56,239 bases of DNA from Candidatus Thorarchaeota archaeon (GCA_030612365.1 JAUWOA010000003.1:1-56239); one strand, 5' to 3'. Shown: positions 45,929-55,267, counted from the stretch's first letter. Translations and numbers: made by a program. The notes: a model not told the origin generated them from the sequence alone.

Positions 45929-46006
45929 TGGCGGGACCGCCCAGATTCGAACTGGGGATAACCAACTCCGCAAGCTGGTGCCTTATCCATGCTAGACTAC
46001 GGCCCC
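45929..46006 (-). tRNA. tRNA-Arg(GCG), CCA encoded
   Basis: Acceptor GGGGCCG/CGGTCCC, anticodon arm CCAGC-TTGCGGA-GTTGG, T arm CCCAG-TTCGAAT-CTGGG, ends GCCA. Confidence 0.97.
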
Positions 46007-46112
46007 GTTCGCGAAAACTCTAAATTGTCTTAAAGATTCTTCGCTATTGTGCATAGTAGAGAATCACGCTGACGTGACTCTAGGTGCCGTATCTGAACTC
46101 CCTTGGCTGCCC

Positions 46113-46343
46113 TCATGCCACTGGAACGCGGATTAGGTTCACAACTGCCTTGCCATTTAGCTTGGTGATACTCAGAGTGTGATCTGATGTCTGAAGGATG
46201 AAACTTTCTCCTTCATCTAGGTTGTCAAGCACGTTACGCCCCAGAGGCCCATTCAGGTAATTTGTGAACCTGACTACAACCCGACTGGTGGGTGTCTTGA
46301 TCTCTTCAACGGCGTTCATTGTTAGAAACCTCAGTTCGGTCAT
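46113..46343 (-). CDS. Small hypothetical protein between the tRNA-Arg genes
   Basis: 76-aa ORF filling the inter-tRNA gap, protein-like composition; no motif recognised. Confidence 0.5.
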   Translation of the reverse strand: MTELRFLTMNAVEEIKTPTSRVVVRFTNYLNGPLGRNVLDNLDEGESFILQTSDHTLSITKLNGKAVVNLIRVPVA

Positions 46344-46406
46344 CCGTGCCCCTATTGGGCTTTTAAACTACAATCGAATTGCTTGATTAATGAGGAGGAG
46401 GAATTG

Positions 46407-46484
46407 TGGCGGGACCGCCCGGATTCGAACCGGGGATGACCAACTCCGGAGGCTGGTGCCTTATCCATGCTAGACTACGGCCCC
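46407..46484 (-). tRNA. tRNA-Arg(CCG), CCA encoded
   Basis: Same cloverleaf; anticodon arm CCAGC-CTCCGGA-GTTGG, T arm CCCGG-TTCGAAT-CCGGG. Confidence 0.97.
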
Positions 46485-46567
46485 AAGCCCCACAGACGCA
46501 CTCTCTTTAAATCGTTTGCTCAGAAAACCTCATCTGGTAATTAAGAACGAGTTCAAATAGAGAGCCG

Positions 46568-47083
46568 CTATACTAACTGCTTCTTGTTTACTAACCACCA
46601 AGCGCCACGCTTACCCTTGATAATGCCCTTCCTATGCATCACTATCTCCACACCCAAGATGGATTTTGCTCTCTCATTGATCTTGTCCAAGCGATCGAGT
46701 ATCGTTCGGCGTTTTCCTTGACTTCCTGTTAGAGCCAGTGCGAGTTCAGGTGTTGTAGCACCTTCATGTTGTAGGAAGTATGCAAGGAGTTTGCGATCAA
46801 GGTCATCTCGGCAGACTTTCGTTTTTGTCAGATCATTCAACTCGTCAAGGTATACGCTGGTCGACTGCTCAGTTTCAAGATGCTCCACCCTTGTCTTCAG
46901 TTGATCAATCTCTTCGGCGAGTTCCATCAACATCGGGGGCAATTCCTCATCAAGCTTCCAGAGGATTGCATCCTTAATGAACCGCTGGCGGCCATTGGCC
47001 CCAGCAAGCTCATCTATGAGGTCCAGTGTTTTCTGATCTAACCGAATACGGATGCTGACAGATGCATTGCTTTTCTTAGTCAT
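46568..47083 (-). CDS. Putative regulator: ribbon-helix-helix, coiled coil and winged-HTH-like domain
   Basis: SVSIRIRLDQKTLDLIDELAG..GRQRFIKDAI (RHH); DDLDRKLLAYFLQHEGATTPELALAL (wHTH). Start placed at ATG 47083. Confidence 0.65.
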   Translation of the reverse strand: MTKKSNASVSIRIRLDQKTLDLIDELAGANGRQRFIKDAILWKLDEELPPMLMELAEEIDQLKTRVEHLETEQSTSVYLDELNDLTKTKVCRDDLDRKLLAYFLQHEGATTPELALALTGSQGKRRTILDRLDKINERAKSILGVEIVMHRKGIIKGKRGAWWLVNKKQLV

Positions 47084-47229
47084 CGCCCGACACCGCACGT
47101 ATCTGTGCCTTGATAGACACAGCAATTGATGCGCTTGACCGAGAAAAAAGGCTTGCCCTAGGCCATGCTATCAAGCGCCCGACACAGTTATAACATCAAC
47201 TTCGAGGGACTCGCAAAGATTACCCTTCG

Positions 47230-47625
47230 GTGTGGAAAATGGTAAATAAGACGAAGGCTCTAGAGCGTGAGAGGACGCGACGGATTAAGTCACAGAACTC
47301 TGGACAAGTGGATCTCAAGCAAATGAGAAGACTCCGCAGAGTTAGAACCAAGTTCTGGACCTCCAAGAAGAAAGCTGCTGTTCTGGGCGAGAAGGTTCCG
47401 CGTGAGCAGCCAAAGGCAGAGAAGAAAGAGAAAAGGAAGAAGAAAAAAGAGCCTGAGCTTGAAGTCATCGAGAAGAAGCCTGAAGTCGAGGAAGTAGGTG
47501 AACTCGATGAGTTGTACACTTACGAAGAGGAGATTGAAGAGGAGTCTACTGAATCCAAGGAGAAGCCTGAGATCGAGGAAGTAGATGATGTGCCTCTCGA
47601 GACAGAGGAGAACTCCGAAACCTAA
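47230..47625 (+). CDS. Highly charged low-complexity hypothetical protein
   Basis: Arg/Lys-rich N-terminal half and Glu-rich C-terminal half; purine-rich coding bias and AT-rich upstream motif. Confidence 0.6.
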   Translation: MWKMVNKTKALERERTRRIKSQNSGQVDLKQMRRLRRVRTKFWTSKKKAAVLGEKVPREQPKAEKKEKRKKKKEPELEVIEKKPEVEEVGELDELYTYEEEIEEESTESKEKPEIEEVDDVPLETEENSET

Positions 47626-47740
47626 AATCAGCGATTCTATTGAAGAGATGTTTCACGAATAATACCAGTGGACAGTTCTGAAACATCTGAGAGAATAGCT
47701 TATCTATGGCATTGCTGTCATTGGGGACTGTTGGTCTCCC

Positions 47741-50164
47741 ATGAAACCGTGGAAAATATCTATTCTACTGCTGTTTCTTTTAGCCTCAGTGTCACTATGG
47801 CCAGCGCTATCCAGTGGCCCTGCTAACGTGCTGATTGAAGCAAGTGTACCCCATAGGACCGCTCAGACATTTTCATCCGCTAACATCCTCGTCAACGAGC
47901 ACCATACCAGAAACGCGTCTGATATGTGGACTCCTGGTAATGCATCGATGTTTGGCTGGCTCTTAATGGAGCACGGCTACAATGTTTCAAACAACTGGGA
48001 TGCGCCGCTGGACTCAGGGATTCTGGATGATTACGATGTGCTCTGCCTTTTTTTCCCAATGATACCATTGACGACGGGGGAAGTGACTGCAGTACATAAT
48101 TTCGTGAGCGCCGGCGGAGGACTTCTCATGGTGGGTGTGGATTACACCTCATACGGATGGGGGTACACTGCCGCCAACCTTAATCCGATATCAGAAACAT
48201 ACGGAATTACCTTTCATGAGGATAGATGGTTGGGTAAAGTCCTAGAGAGCGAAGGCCAGTTCGTAGACCATCATCTGACGTATGACATCAGCTCATTCAA
48301 CTCTGACTGTGACCAGCTGAAGGGTTGTTCTATTACAGTGAGTAGCCCGGCTACATCAATTGCGACCAACCATAAGGATGAGGATATACTCGCAATTGCT
48401 GAACCAGGGAGCGGAAGAGTTGTAGCTGTAGGTTCGGCGGCGCCTTTCATTATCTATCGGCATGGCGCCAGCTGGCAAATTGAACCGGATGACCACTTCC
48501 AATTTTCCCTCAATGTTATTGACTGGCTGACCGGGAACGAGGAGAGAAAGGTAGACCCCCCCGAGAAGGCGATAATCAAGGTCGGTTCTGGACCATCGCT
48601 CAATAGCTCAGAGATAGAAGAGTATGCCGTCTTCAACGGCGTCTATCATGACCACACAACCTACAGTGATGGACGGGACACACCACTGAATATGATGATT
48701 AGGAGCCTTGAGGTTGCTATCGACTTCTTTGTAGTTACTGACCACTCCTACGATCGTGATGCCGGGAACGGCATATACGGAGGGCTAAAGGTCAAGGAAT
48801 ACGCTGACCTGTACGATCTTGACTGTTCGATTTTTGTTGGATCTGAGTTGTCCAGCGTACCACACACAGTCGGATTTCCGCTCTATGAGCAAATCATTAC
48901 GGCCAACACACAGGAGGCAGTAGACGAAATCCACAGTCAAGGCGCAATGGCAGTATTTGCACATCCCACTATAGGTCCAGCATACGCTCCGGTTTGGGAG
49001 GCTTTCGATGACTATGGGTATGATTCATTTGAGGTGGATAATACAGGCTACTTCCATGCCTTAGGTGAATCGTGCTACTTCAGGCCGTTTATGGCAGGTA
49101 ATGACGGTCACTCTGTGCCAAACCATGGCCTTATCAGAAATGTGGTGTTCGTAGAGAACCCTTCAGGGCCAGATGGAACACTCTCAGCCTACGACATAAT
49201 CGATGCAGTCATGGACAGAAGGGTTGTCATCCTTGATAAGATAAACGGGCTTATTTTCGGACAAGGAGTCTGGGTTGACCGATACCTCCAACTCTGGGAT
49301 GAGGCTGAGATTGCAATCGAGAATGCACGAACTCAGATTGAACAATTGGAGGATGAGGGGACCAATGTTGGCTTATCAAGGCTATATCTGAGCGATGCGG
49401 AGAACTCTCTTACGTGGTGGAATCCATCTCGCGCATTGAGGGCTGTTGCAGATGCAGTTTCAGAAACAGTGCTAGGATTGGATCTCACTCTGACCGCTCC
49501 CAGCTTAGGGGTGGTGAACCCTAATAGCAACGTCAACGTGACCATCAACCTAACAAATAGGCTTGATGTGGACGTTCAGTTCAATGTCACTCCATTTGGC
49601 TACACATCACTGATCTTCGATGAGTTATCAGCGGTGATTCAAGTCGGTCCGGAGTCCACTTCAACTACTTCAATAACCGCAACTACGACAAGCTTCGGTT
49701 ATACGAAAGTAGTCTTCAATTTGAAGGACTTCAACACGCCTGTGGAGCTTCATCCTGTAACACTCACTGTTGGCGGCCTTGTTTCGAATGTGACCGTGAT
49801 TACTGAGGACGAGGATGAGGGCTACTTCATTCGCATCCGTCTTCTAAGAAACAAGCTAGATGCACGCATGATTAGCTCTGCAATTATCCAGTATGACAAT
49901 GGCACTGGAGAAGATGTGATTCCCCTTGAGAACTATGGGGACAGTTACGGCATATCATTCGGACCTTTCACGACGAATGCGGCAACGATAACCTACATGA
50001 TTAATGTGACAGACATCCTTGGAAATGTATTCAGTATCGAAGGTGTCATCAACGAGGATGCTCCTGTGCCTCCGATTGGCGACATTTGGCAGTCCATGTT
50101 AATTGGAGGCGGGCTGGTCGCAGTACTCGTTGTTGCATTGGTCGTTGCAAAGAGGAGGAAGTGA
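47741..50164 (+). CDS. Cell-surface protein: signal peptide, GIFT/GldG domain, PHP metallohydrolase, Ig-like domain, C-terminal TM anchor
   Basis: Signal peptide MKPWKISILLL; NFVSAGGGLL; PHP ligands HDHTTYSDG, VTDH, GSE, AHP, GNDGH; TM ending KRRK. Confidence 0.8.
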   Translation: MKPWKISILLLFLLASVSLWPALSSGPANVLIEASVPHRTAQTFSSANILVNEHHTRNASDMWTPGNASMFGWLLMEHGYNVSNNWDAPLDSGILDDYDVLCLFFPMIPLTTGEVTAVHNFVSAGGGLLMVGVDYTSYGWGYTAANLNPISETYGITFHEDRWLGKVLESEGQFVDHHLTYDISSFNSDCDQLKGCSITVSSPATSIATNHKDEDILAIAEPGSGRVVAVGSAAPFIIYRHGASWQIEPDDHFQFSLNVIDWLTGNEERKVDPPEKAIIKVGSGPSLNSSEIEEYAVFNGVYHDHTTYSDGRDTPLNMMIRSLEVAIDFFVVTDHSYDRDAGNGIYGGLKVKEYADLYDLDCSIFVGSELSSVPHTVGFPLYEQIITANTQEAVDEIHSQGAMAVFAHPTIGPAYAPVWEAFDDYGYDSFEVDNTGYFHALGESCYFRPFMAGNDGHSVPNHGLIRNVVFVENPSGPDGTLSAYDIIDAVMDRRVVILDKINGLIFGQGVWVDRYLQLWDEAEIAIENARTQIEQLEDEGTNVGLSRLYLSDAENSLTWWNPSRALRAVADAVSETVLGLDLTLTAPSLGVVNPNSNVNVTINLTNRLDVDVQFNVTPFGYTSLIFDELSAVIQVGPESTSTTSITATTTSFGYTKVVFNLKDFNTPVELHPVTLTVGGLVSNVTVITEDEDEGYFIRIRLLRNKLDARMISSAIIQYDNGTGEDVIPLENYGDSYGISFGPFTTNAATITYMINVTDILGNVFSIEGVINEDAPVPPIGDIWQSMLIGGGLVAVLVVALVVAKRRK

Positions 50165-51222
50165 ACACGGAGGACGGTGAAACCATCGAGATTCAGATTG
50201 ATTTGCCTAAGCAATCCCCTGCAAGGCGGCTCTATGAGGTCAGATTCCTTATTCTGACTCTGCTGCTTCTAGGCCTGATTCTCTGGTTTCACGTCAATGT
50301 CCCTACTTTCAATCTCTCACTCTTCACCAGGGTTTTTGCCGGTATTTTCTTCGGTTCATTGATCTACCTTCTGCTTGGCATTGTCATTGGCAGCATAGTG
50401 AAGGTATACGTACCACTCGACTCTGTGATGCTAAGAATTGCAAAGCATGAACGTGCCGGAGTAGTACTGGGGTCGCTCATGGGGGTATTTATCCCTGTGT
50501 GCACTTGTGGCCTTCTACCCATCTTCTCTACGCTTGTTGAACAAAAAATGCCTAAACGTGCAGCATATGCATTCCTGTTCTCTGCACCAGCAGCAAATCC
50601 AATAGTCTTTGTTGTAACGGCGTCCGTATTCGGACTACAGTTGGCCATTATTCGTACGGTGTCAATGATAGTGTTGGGAATCATTGGAGGTATACTTCTT
50701 GACATTCTACACGATGGACCGATACTCTCTGAGAGAGTCGGACTCGAAAAGACGATTATTGGCGGTCGAGCATTCGGACAATCAGAGGATGTAGAACAGG
50801 TTGTTTCAAACCCGCTTCAAGTGCTTTGGGACATTGGTGAGGAAACCTTGGAGGTTGGCAAGTACTACGTGTTCGCAGTCACCATCTTGACTTTTCTTGT
50901 TGCAGTTCTTGACCAAGCCCTATTCTTTGATTTCTTCACGAGTAGCCTAATCTCCGTGCCAGTTGGGGCGCTCATGGGTGTTCTGTTCTGCCTCTGTCCA
51001 ACAGCAGACCCACCCATTGGCAAGACCTTTCAAGATCTTGGATTGAGCACGGGAGGCTTAGTATCGTTCTTTCTCGCAGGTCCTTTGCTAGGAATGGCTT
51101 ACGTGGGCATGATGTTTGGATACTTGAACAAGAAGATGATTTTCGCCTATCTGTTTCTCTCCGCAATACTAATCTTGGCAACCGGCTATTTCGTAAATGG
51201 TCTTGCAGGGGTGTTGCTGTGA
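50161..51222 (+). CDS. DUF318/ArsP-type permease (YcgR-like)
   Basis: Multi-TM with PVCTCGLLP, AFLFSAPAANP, LCPTADPP and FFLAGP. GTG start overlaps the upstream TGA (GTGA). Confidence 0.88.
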   Translation: MNTEDGETIEIQIDLPKQSPARRLYEVRFLILTLLLLGLILWFHVNVPTFNLSLFTRVFAGIFFGSLIYLLLGIVIGSIVKVYVPLDSVMLRIAKHERAGVVLGSLMGVFIPVCTCGLLPIFSTLVEQKMPKRAAYAFLFSAPAANPIVFVVTASVFGLQLAIIRTVSMIVLGIIGGILLDILHDGPILSERVGLEKTIIGGRAFGQSEDVEQVVSNPLQVLWDIGEETLEVGKYYVFAVTILTFLVAVLDQALFFDFFTSSLISVPVGALMGVLFCLCPTADPPIGKTFQDLGLSTGGLVSFFLAGPLLGMAYVGMMFGYLNKKMIFAYLFLSAILILATGYFVNGLAGVLL

Positions 51223-51908
51223 AGCCTGTTGGAACGAGAGCCAATCACGGTTGGTTACTGATTGCCCTAGGCGTAACTATCCTCATATTTCGGATTCAGT
51301 TCGACACTCTGATGTCGCTAATCAACGGACCAATCCTCTTGTTTGCGGGGATAGCTGTAGTTGTGGGGCAATATCGTGATCCAGAAGCAAGAACATGTCA
51401 GGTATGTGCGGCAACTTCAAGCGAAAGCAAGATGGGGTTCAAGATGTCTGCAATCCCCCTCATCCTACCCATTATACTGCTTATCATCACGCCAATGATT
51501 GTGGTTGACGTTACACATAGTGACGACTGGATAAACGATGTTGTAGGAGAGAAATATTTCGACGAGATTCCAGAGAACAGAACGGCAACGAACCTCTTCG
51601 AACTCACCAATTTCGGTGAGAAGTACAATGGTCTTTTTGTTGAAGTTAATGTCAGTATCCTTCAAAGACGAATGGATGGATTCCAGATGCACCAGTACGT
51701 TCCACTGTGTACATGTTGTCCTCCAGTCGAAGTAACAATGTGGGTCTACTTCTCCGTTGATCCCAATCCGGACGATATTTTCATTGTTGAAGAGGCTGAG
51801 CTTGGAAAGACCGAACTTTATCTTGTGATAGGTCAGTTCTACTTCGATGCGGAACAAAACTTCGCGTCCCTGCTACTAATACATATGGAGCCTCTAGAGG
51901 AATCCTGA
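51219..51908 (+). CDS. DUF1980/YcgQ-like membrane partner of the permease
   Basis: Three N-terminal TM segments, then an OB-like domain with CTCC motif; GTGA overlap with the permease. Confidence 0.6.
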   Translation: MKPVGTRANHGWLLIALGVTILIFRIQFDTLMSLINGPILLFAGIAVVVGQYRDPEARTCQVCAATSSESKMGFKMSAIPLILPIILLIITPMIVVDVTHSDDWINDVVGEKYFDEIPENRTATNLFELTNFGEKYNGLFVEVNVSILQRRMDGFQMHQYVPLCTCCPPVEVTMWVYFSVDPNPDDIFIVEEAELGKTELYLVIGQFYFDAEQNFASLLLIHMEPLEES

Positions 51909-51978
51909 CTATCCATGGAAAAGGATATGACGGCCAAGTCGAAGAGTTCTTCAGCAAGAGGTTTCCCTCAATCGCAGT

Positions 51979-52821
51979 TTGGTGTTGAGCATGACTACTC
52001 TTCGGGACATTGTGAAGTACCTCAAGGATATCGCGCCACAGGAGTTCACCTTTCAGGGCCGTGAGAGTCGGGTTGAGGTTGGACCTCAGACTGAGAGAGA
52101 TCAAGTAAAGACCACCATAAACAGAGTCACCATAGCCACATACGCTTCTGCAAAGATTGTTGCGACGGCATCGCAAAGCAAGGCGAATCTGCTTGTCACA
52201 CACAGGCCTCTATTTCCGTTTGCGGTAGATCGTCTCACAGGCTTAGATCTCATCCGAGCCAGACTCCTAGCCAAGAACTACATCTCGGCTTATGTGATTG
52301 GGAGCGCCTGGATTGGTGTAGAGGGGGGTCTTAGTGACAGTCTTGTGGAATCTCTCGACCTAAGCAATGTGCGTGAGTTCATGACCTATGGGGACTACGA
52401 TCAGCTGGTCCCGATTGGAAGAGAATGTGAACCACCTAGTGCGATGAACCACTCTCGTCTAGTCAACTATGTGGCAGAGAAACTGAACATTGACACAGTC
52501 TTGTTTGCGGGAGACTTGGATAATGATGTCGGGAGGATACTTGTGAGCCCAGGCTTTTACATTGATATGCCAGAAATCCTCAGTGCCAAACAGCAAGACA
52601 TTGGAACTATTGTCACAGGCGAACTATCACCGGAGATTAGATTGCTTGCAAAAGAGGAGAACCTAAACACAATTGAGCTAGGCGCATTCGTGTCAGAAGA
52701 GCCTGGAATGAAGCGGTTAAGACATCAACTAAGCCTAGAGATACCAGAGTTGAACATTGAGTTTGTGGAGTCTGCACCACTTGCCAAGGCGCTTAGACCA
52801 TACAGCGAAGACATGAAATAG
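51979..52821 (+). CDS. NIF3/YbgI-family protein with degenerate metal site
   Basis: LKDIAP...GPQ, NLLVTHRPLF, IGRECE, ILVSPG, IVTGE and IELGAFVSEEPG; several canonical His/Asp ligands missing. Confidence 0.8.
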   Translation: MVLSMTTLRDIVKYLKDIAPQEFTFQGRESRVEVGPQTERDQVKTTINRVTIATYASAKIVATASQSKANLLVTHRPLFPFAVDRLTGLDLIRARLLAKNYISAYVIGSAWIGVEGGLSDSLVESLDLSNVREFMTYGDYDQLVPIGRECEPPSAMNHSRLVNYVAEKLNIDTVLFAGDLDNDVGRILVSPGFYIDMPEILSAKQQDIGTIVTGELSPEIRLLAKEENLNTIELGAFVSEEPGMKRLRHQLSLEIPELNIEFVESAPLAKALRPYSEDMK

Positions 52822-52825
52822 TGCT

Positions 52826-53707
52826 CTAGAGACGTCGTATCATCACGACATTCTTGTTTCGAGGACACCCCACATGTTGCGCAACCGGATTGCACTTCGT
52901 TCTCATTATGTGAACTACTGGACAAATTGGCTCAAACTCTGTCAATGATTCGAAGTTGCCCATCCCTTTAGCCACAATAAGCTCCGCTGACAAGAATCGC
53001 TGCTTGAATTCGCTAGAGCTGCGTTCAAGGTTGACGCCTATGGCTGCAGCTCCTGTGTCGATAACTTCGTCCGCATATTTGGAGAGTTTCACCTCGACTG
53101 CATCCATCACTGTGGCATCATTCAGGATTGGGCCTCCCTTCACAACTGCAACCACTTTTGGCCCAACCTTCCTGATTTCATCTATCAGGATGATATCAAG
53201 AACAACCTCTCCGGCATTATCCATCAGGTAGAGGACTTCCTCTGTGTTCTCACATAACTCTCGGAACTCGTTTACTTGATCGATTACCAGATCAGTTTCA
53301 ACATTCGCGATTATGTGTTTGAGTTCATCGAGGCTAAAGTCCCGCCCCGATACATCAAACTCAATCGCATTTGCTGCTGCGGCAATCAAAGCGGCCATTC
53401 TAAATCTTGAGTGGGAATCTCCTGCTTCTTCGACCAATGCTCTTAACTCAGGTAAAATCCCAAGAGCCATCTCATTAGACTCGTGCTTGAGCTCCTTGTA
53501 CGGATCTTTTCCGGTCATTCTCTGAACTAGAAGGTCTCTATCAGTTCCGATATTGGATGGTACTGACTCGTTATTGAAATTCTCACCTAGGAACTTCAGC
53601 ATCTCTGCTACGACCTGCATCTGAAGTTCTGGATCATCTGTAGCAAGCTTGACTTGATTAATAGCTCTCTCAAGTAAGCAGTGCGCACATTCGAGCGTGA
53701 CTTTCAT
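52826..53707 (-). CDS. ARMT1/DUF89 damage-control phosphatase
   Basis: ECAHC, DPYKELK, ANAIEF, YLMDNAGEVVLD, PILNDA, IVAKGMGNFESL and RTKCNPVA. Confidence 0.92.
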   Translation of the reverse strand: MKVTLECAHCLLERAINQVKLATDDPELQMQVVAEMLKFLGENFNNESVPSNIGTDRDLLVQRMTGKDPYKELKHESNEMALGILPELRALVEEAGDSHSRFRMAALIAAAANAIEFDVSGRDFSLDELKHIIANVETDLVIDQVNEFRELCENTEEVLYLMDNAGEVVLDIILIDEIRKVGPKVVAVVKGGPILNDATVMDAVEVKLSKYADEVIDTGAAAIGVNLERSSSEFKQRFLSAELIVAKGMGNFESLTEFEPICPVVHIMRTKCNPVAQHVGCPRNKNVVMIRRL

Positions 53708-53763
53708 TGCAATCCCCGTTTTCAGTCGCCCTGAGGACTCATGTATTAAATGACTGGAACCGG

Positions 53764-54447
53764 CTATTTCAGAAGTGGTTCAACAAGACCTCTAAGAACA
53801 TCTCCCGGTTTATCCGATTTGGCAACAGCGGAAGCAAGAAGAACACCTTGGGCACCCAGTCTGATTGATGCCACCACGTCATCACCAGTGCTGATTCCCG
53901 CCCCACATAAAATTGTAACATTCTCGTTTACAACTCGAATTTGATCTACGGTGCCGCTGATTACTTCGGGTTGTGCTTGTGTCACCGAGATACCTGTGCC
54001 AATGAGCTCTGGGGGTTCGACAGCGATTGCAGAAGGATTCAGCGCTGCCGCTGCAACACTCACAAGTGGATTGTTTGTGCAAACTATTGTGTAGAGGCCA
54101 AGAGTTTCAGCCTTGCGGATTGCATCTTCTATGTCAGCCAACTGCATTCTTTTCTCTGAGTGATTGATTAGAGTGCCCGAGCATCCGGACTCCACAAGGG
54201 TTTCACCAAGCACATGGCCTGTGTAACGTCCTGGGTCACCCGGGTCTAGATGTTGAGAGAATACGGGAATGTCAACAGCGAGGCTTACTCTATAGATGTC
54301 AGGTATTTGCGGAGCGACAACCACAGAAACACCACTCTCTTTGGAAACCGTTTCGCACGTCTTCGCAAGAGCCACAGCTCTCTCGCCGGTGGCCTGCGGA
54401 TATGTCTTAAAATTCACAGCGACAACTGGTAGGTCGATCTTGACCAT
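53764..54447 (-). CDS. tpiA: Triosephosphate isomerase, archaeal type
   Basis: VNFKTY, HTGH-like YTGH, INHSEKR, AVEPPELIGTG, LCGAGIS and GVLLAS. Confidence 0.97.
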   Translation of the reverse strand: MVKIDLPVVAVNFKTYPQATGERAVALAKTCETVSKESGVSVVVAPQIPDIYRVSLAVDIPVFSQHLDPGDPGRYTGHVLGETLVESGCSGTLINHSEKRMQLADIEDAIRKAETLGLYTIVCTNNPLVSVAAAALNPSAIAVEPPELIGTGISVTQAQPEVISGTVDQIRVVNENVTILCGAGISTGDDVVASIRLGAQGVLLASAVAKSDKPGDVLRGLVEPLLK

Positions 54448-54456
54448 AGTACTCTT

Positions 54457-54495
54457 CCTCCCGAGCTGCTAAGCTCGCGCCTTCAGCGGTGGAGG
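54457..54495 (-). promoter_or_regulatory. Possible structured tpiA leader that pairs with the SD sequence
   Basis: Minus strand CCTCC-AC-CGC(TGAAG)GCG-CGAGC(TTAGCA)GCTCG-GGAGG, 9 nt before the ATG; TTAATA about 20 nt upstream of the structure. Confidence 0.35.
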
Positions 54496-54581
54496 TCGAG
54501 GGGGTTATGTCTATTAAGCTTGCTACCTTGAGGGATTTCTCGGAAATATGAGCGGTGGGTTCGTGCTCCAGGCGGGACCTG

Positions 54582-55133
54582 TTATCTAGTCATGCCGATT
54601 AGGAGCTTGAGCAGAGGCACTCGGGCGTAACCTCTCCGATTCAGCCCATTAACATCTTTTCGGAGCTCAATCTTGACGAACTTGCTAGCTTCGGGGTTCT
54701 TGTAGTATTTCATATAGAAACCTTGGAACTCCGTAAAAGTGGAAGCCCCAAGTAAATCCCCTACAGCATCATTCCCAATACGAATGTAGACATCTTCATC
54801 TGGCACAGCGCCTGTTCCGAACTCCACTTCACCCTTGGCTTTCTTGGCAAACCAAAATCGCTCGCCCATTGCCATGAACTCGAGGAAGAACTCATCAGTG
54901 CCCTCGAGACCTGCTGAGATATCAGGGTCATCAAACATGTACTTGAAACGGTCTGTCAATGATGTGTGGTAAGGAATTGTGCCCGCTTCGACTGGTGCAT
55001 CTTCTGCTTCTTCCGCAAGCTCAGCTTCAGTTTCACCCTCGATTTCCTCGGGTGTTTCCTCGGGGGTTGGACTCTTAGCCTTGGCGTCCTTCTCGTCGTC
55101 CTTTTTTCTCCCAAAGATTCGTCTCATAACCAT
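54582..55133 (-). CDS. SCP2-like lipid-carrier-fold protein with acidic N-terminal linker
   Basis: Pattern FFLEF...ERFWF..KAKGEVEFGTGAVPDEDVYIRIG.DAVGDLL resembles SCP2. Confidence 0.5.
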   Translation of the reverse strand: MVMRRIFGRKKDDEKDAKAKSPTPEETPEEIEGETEAELAEEAEDAPVEAGTIPYHTSLTDRFKYMFDDPDISAGLEGTDEFFLEFMAMGERFWFAKKAKGEVEFGTGAVPDEDVYIRIGNDAVGDLLGASTFTEFQGFYMKYYKNPEASKFVKIELRKDVNGLNRRGYARVPLLKLLIGMTR

Positions 55134-55267
55134 CGTTGTTCTGGCTCCTAATTGTAATGAACATTCCAGAGGAACTGAACTTGCACATCAAGGATATGTC
55201 CTGCGCTGAGCCCCACTGGTCATAGGTCCTTCTCGTTTCAGAACTAAAAAGCGTAGCTCGGAGGTAC

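Noticed and set aside
45929-46484. Integrated element bounded by tRNA att sites
   Set aside because: Both tRNAs are complete with different anticodons, the interval is only about 400 nt, and there is no integrase.
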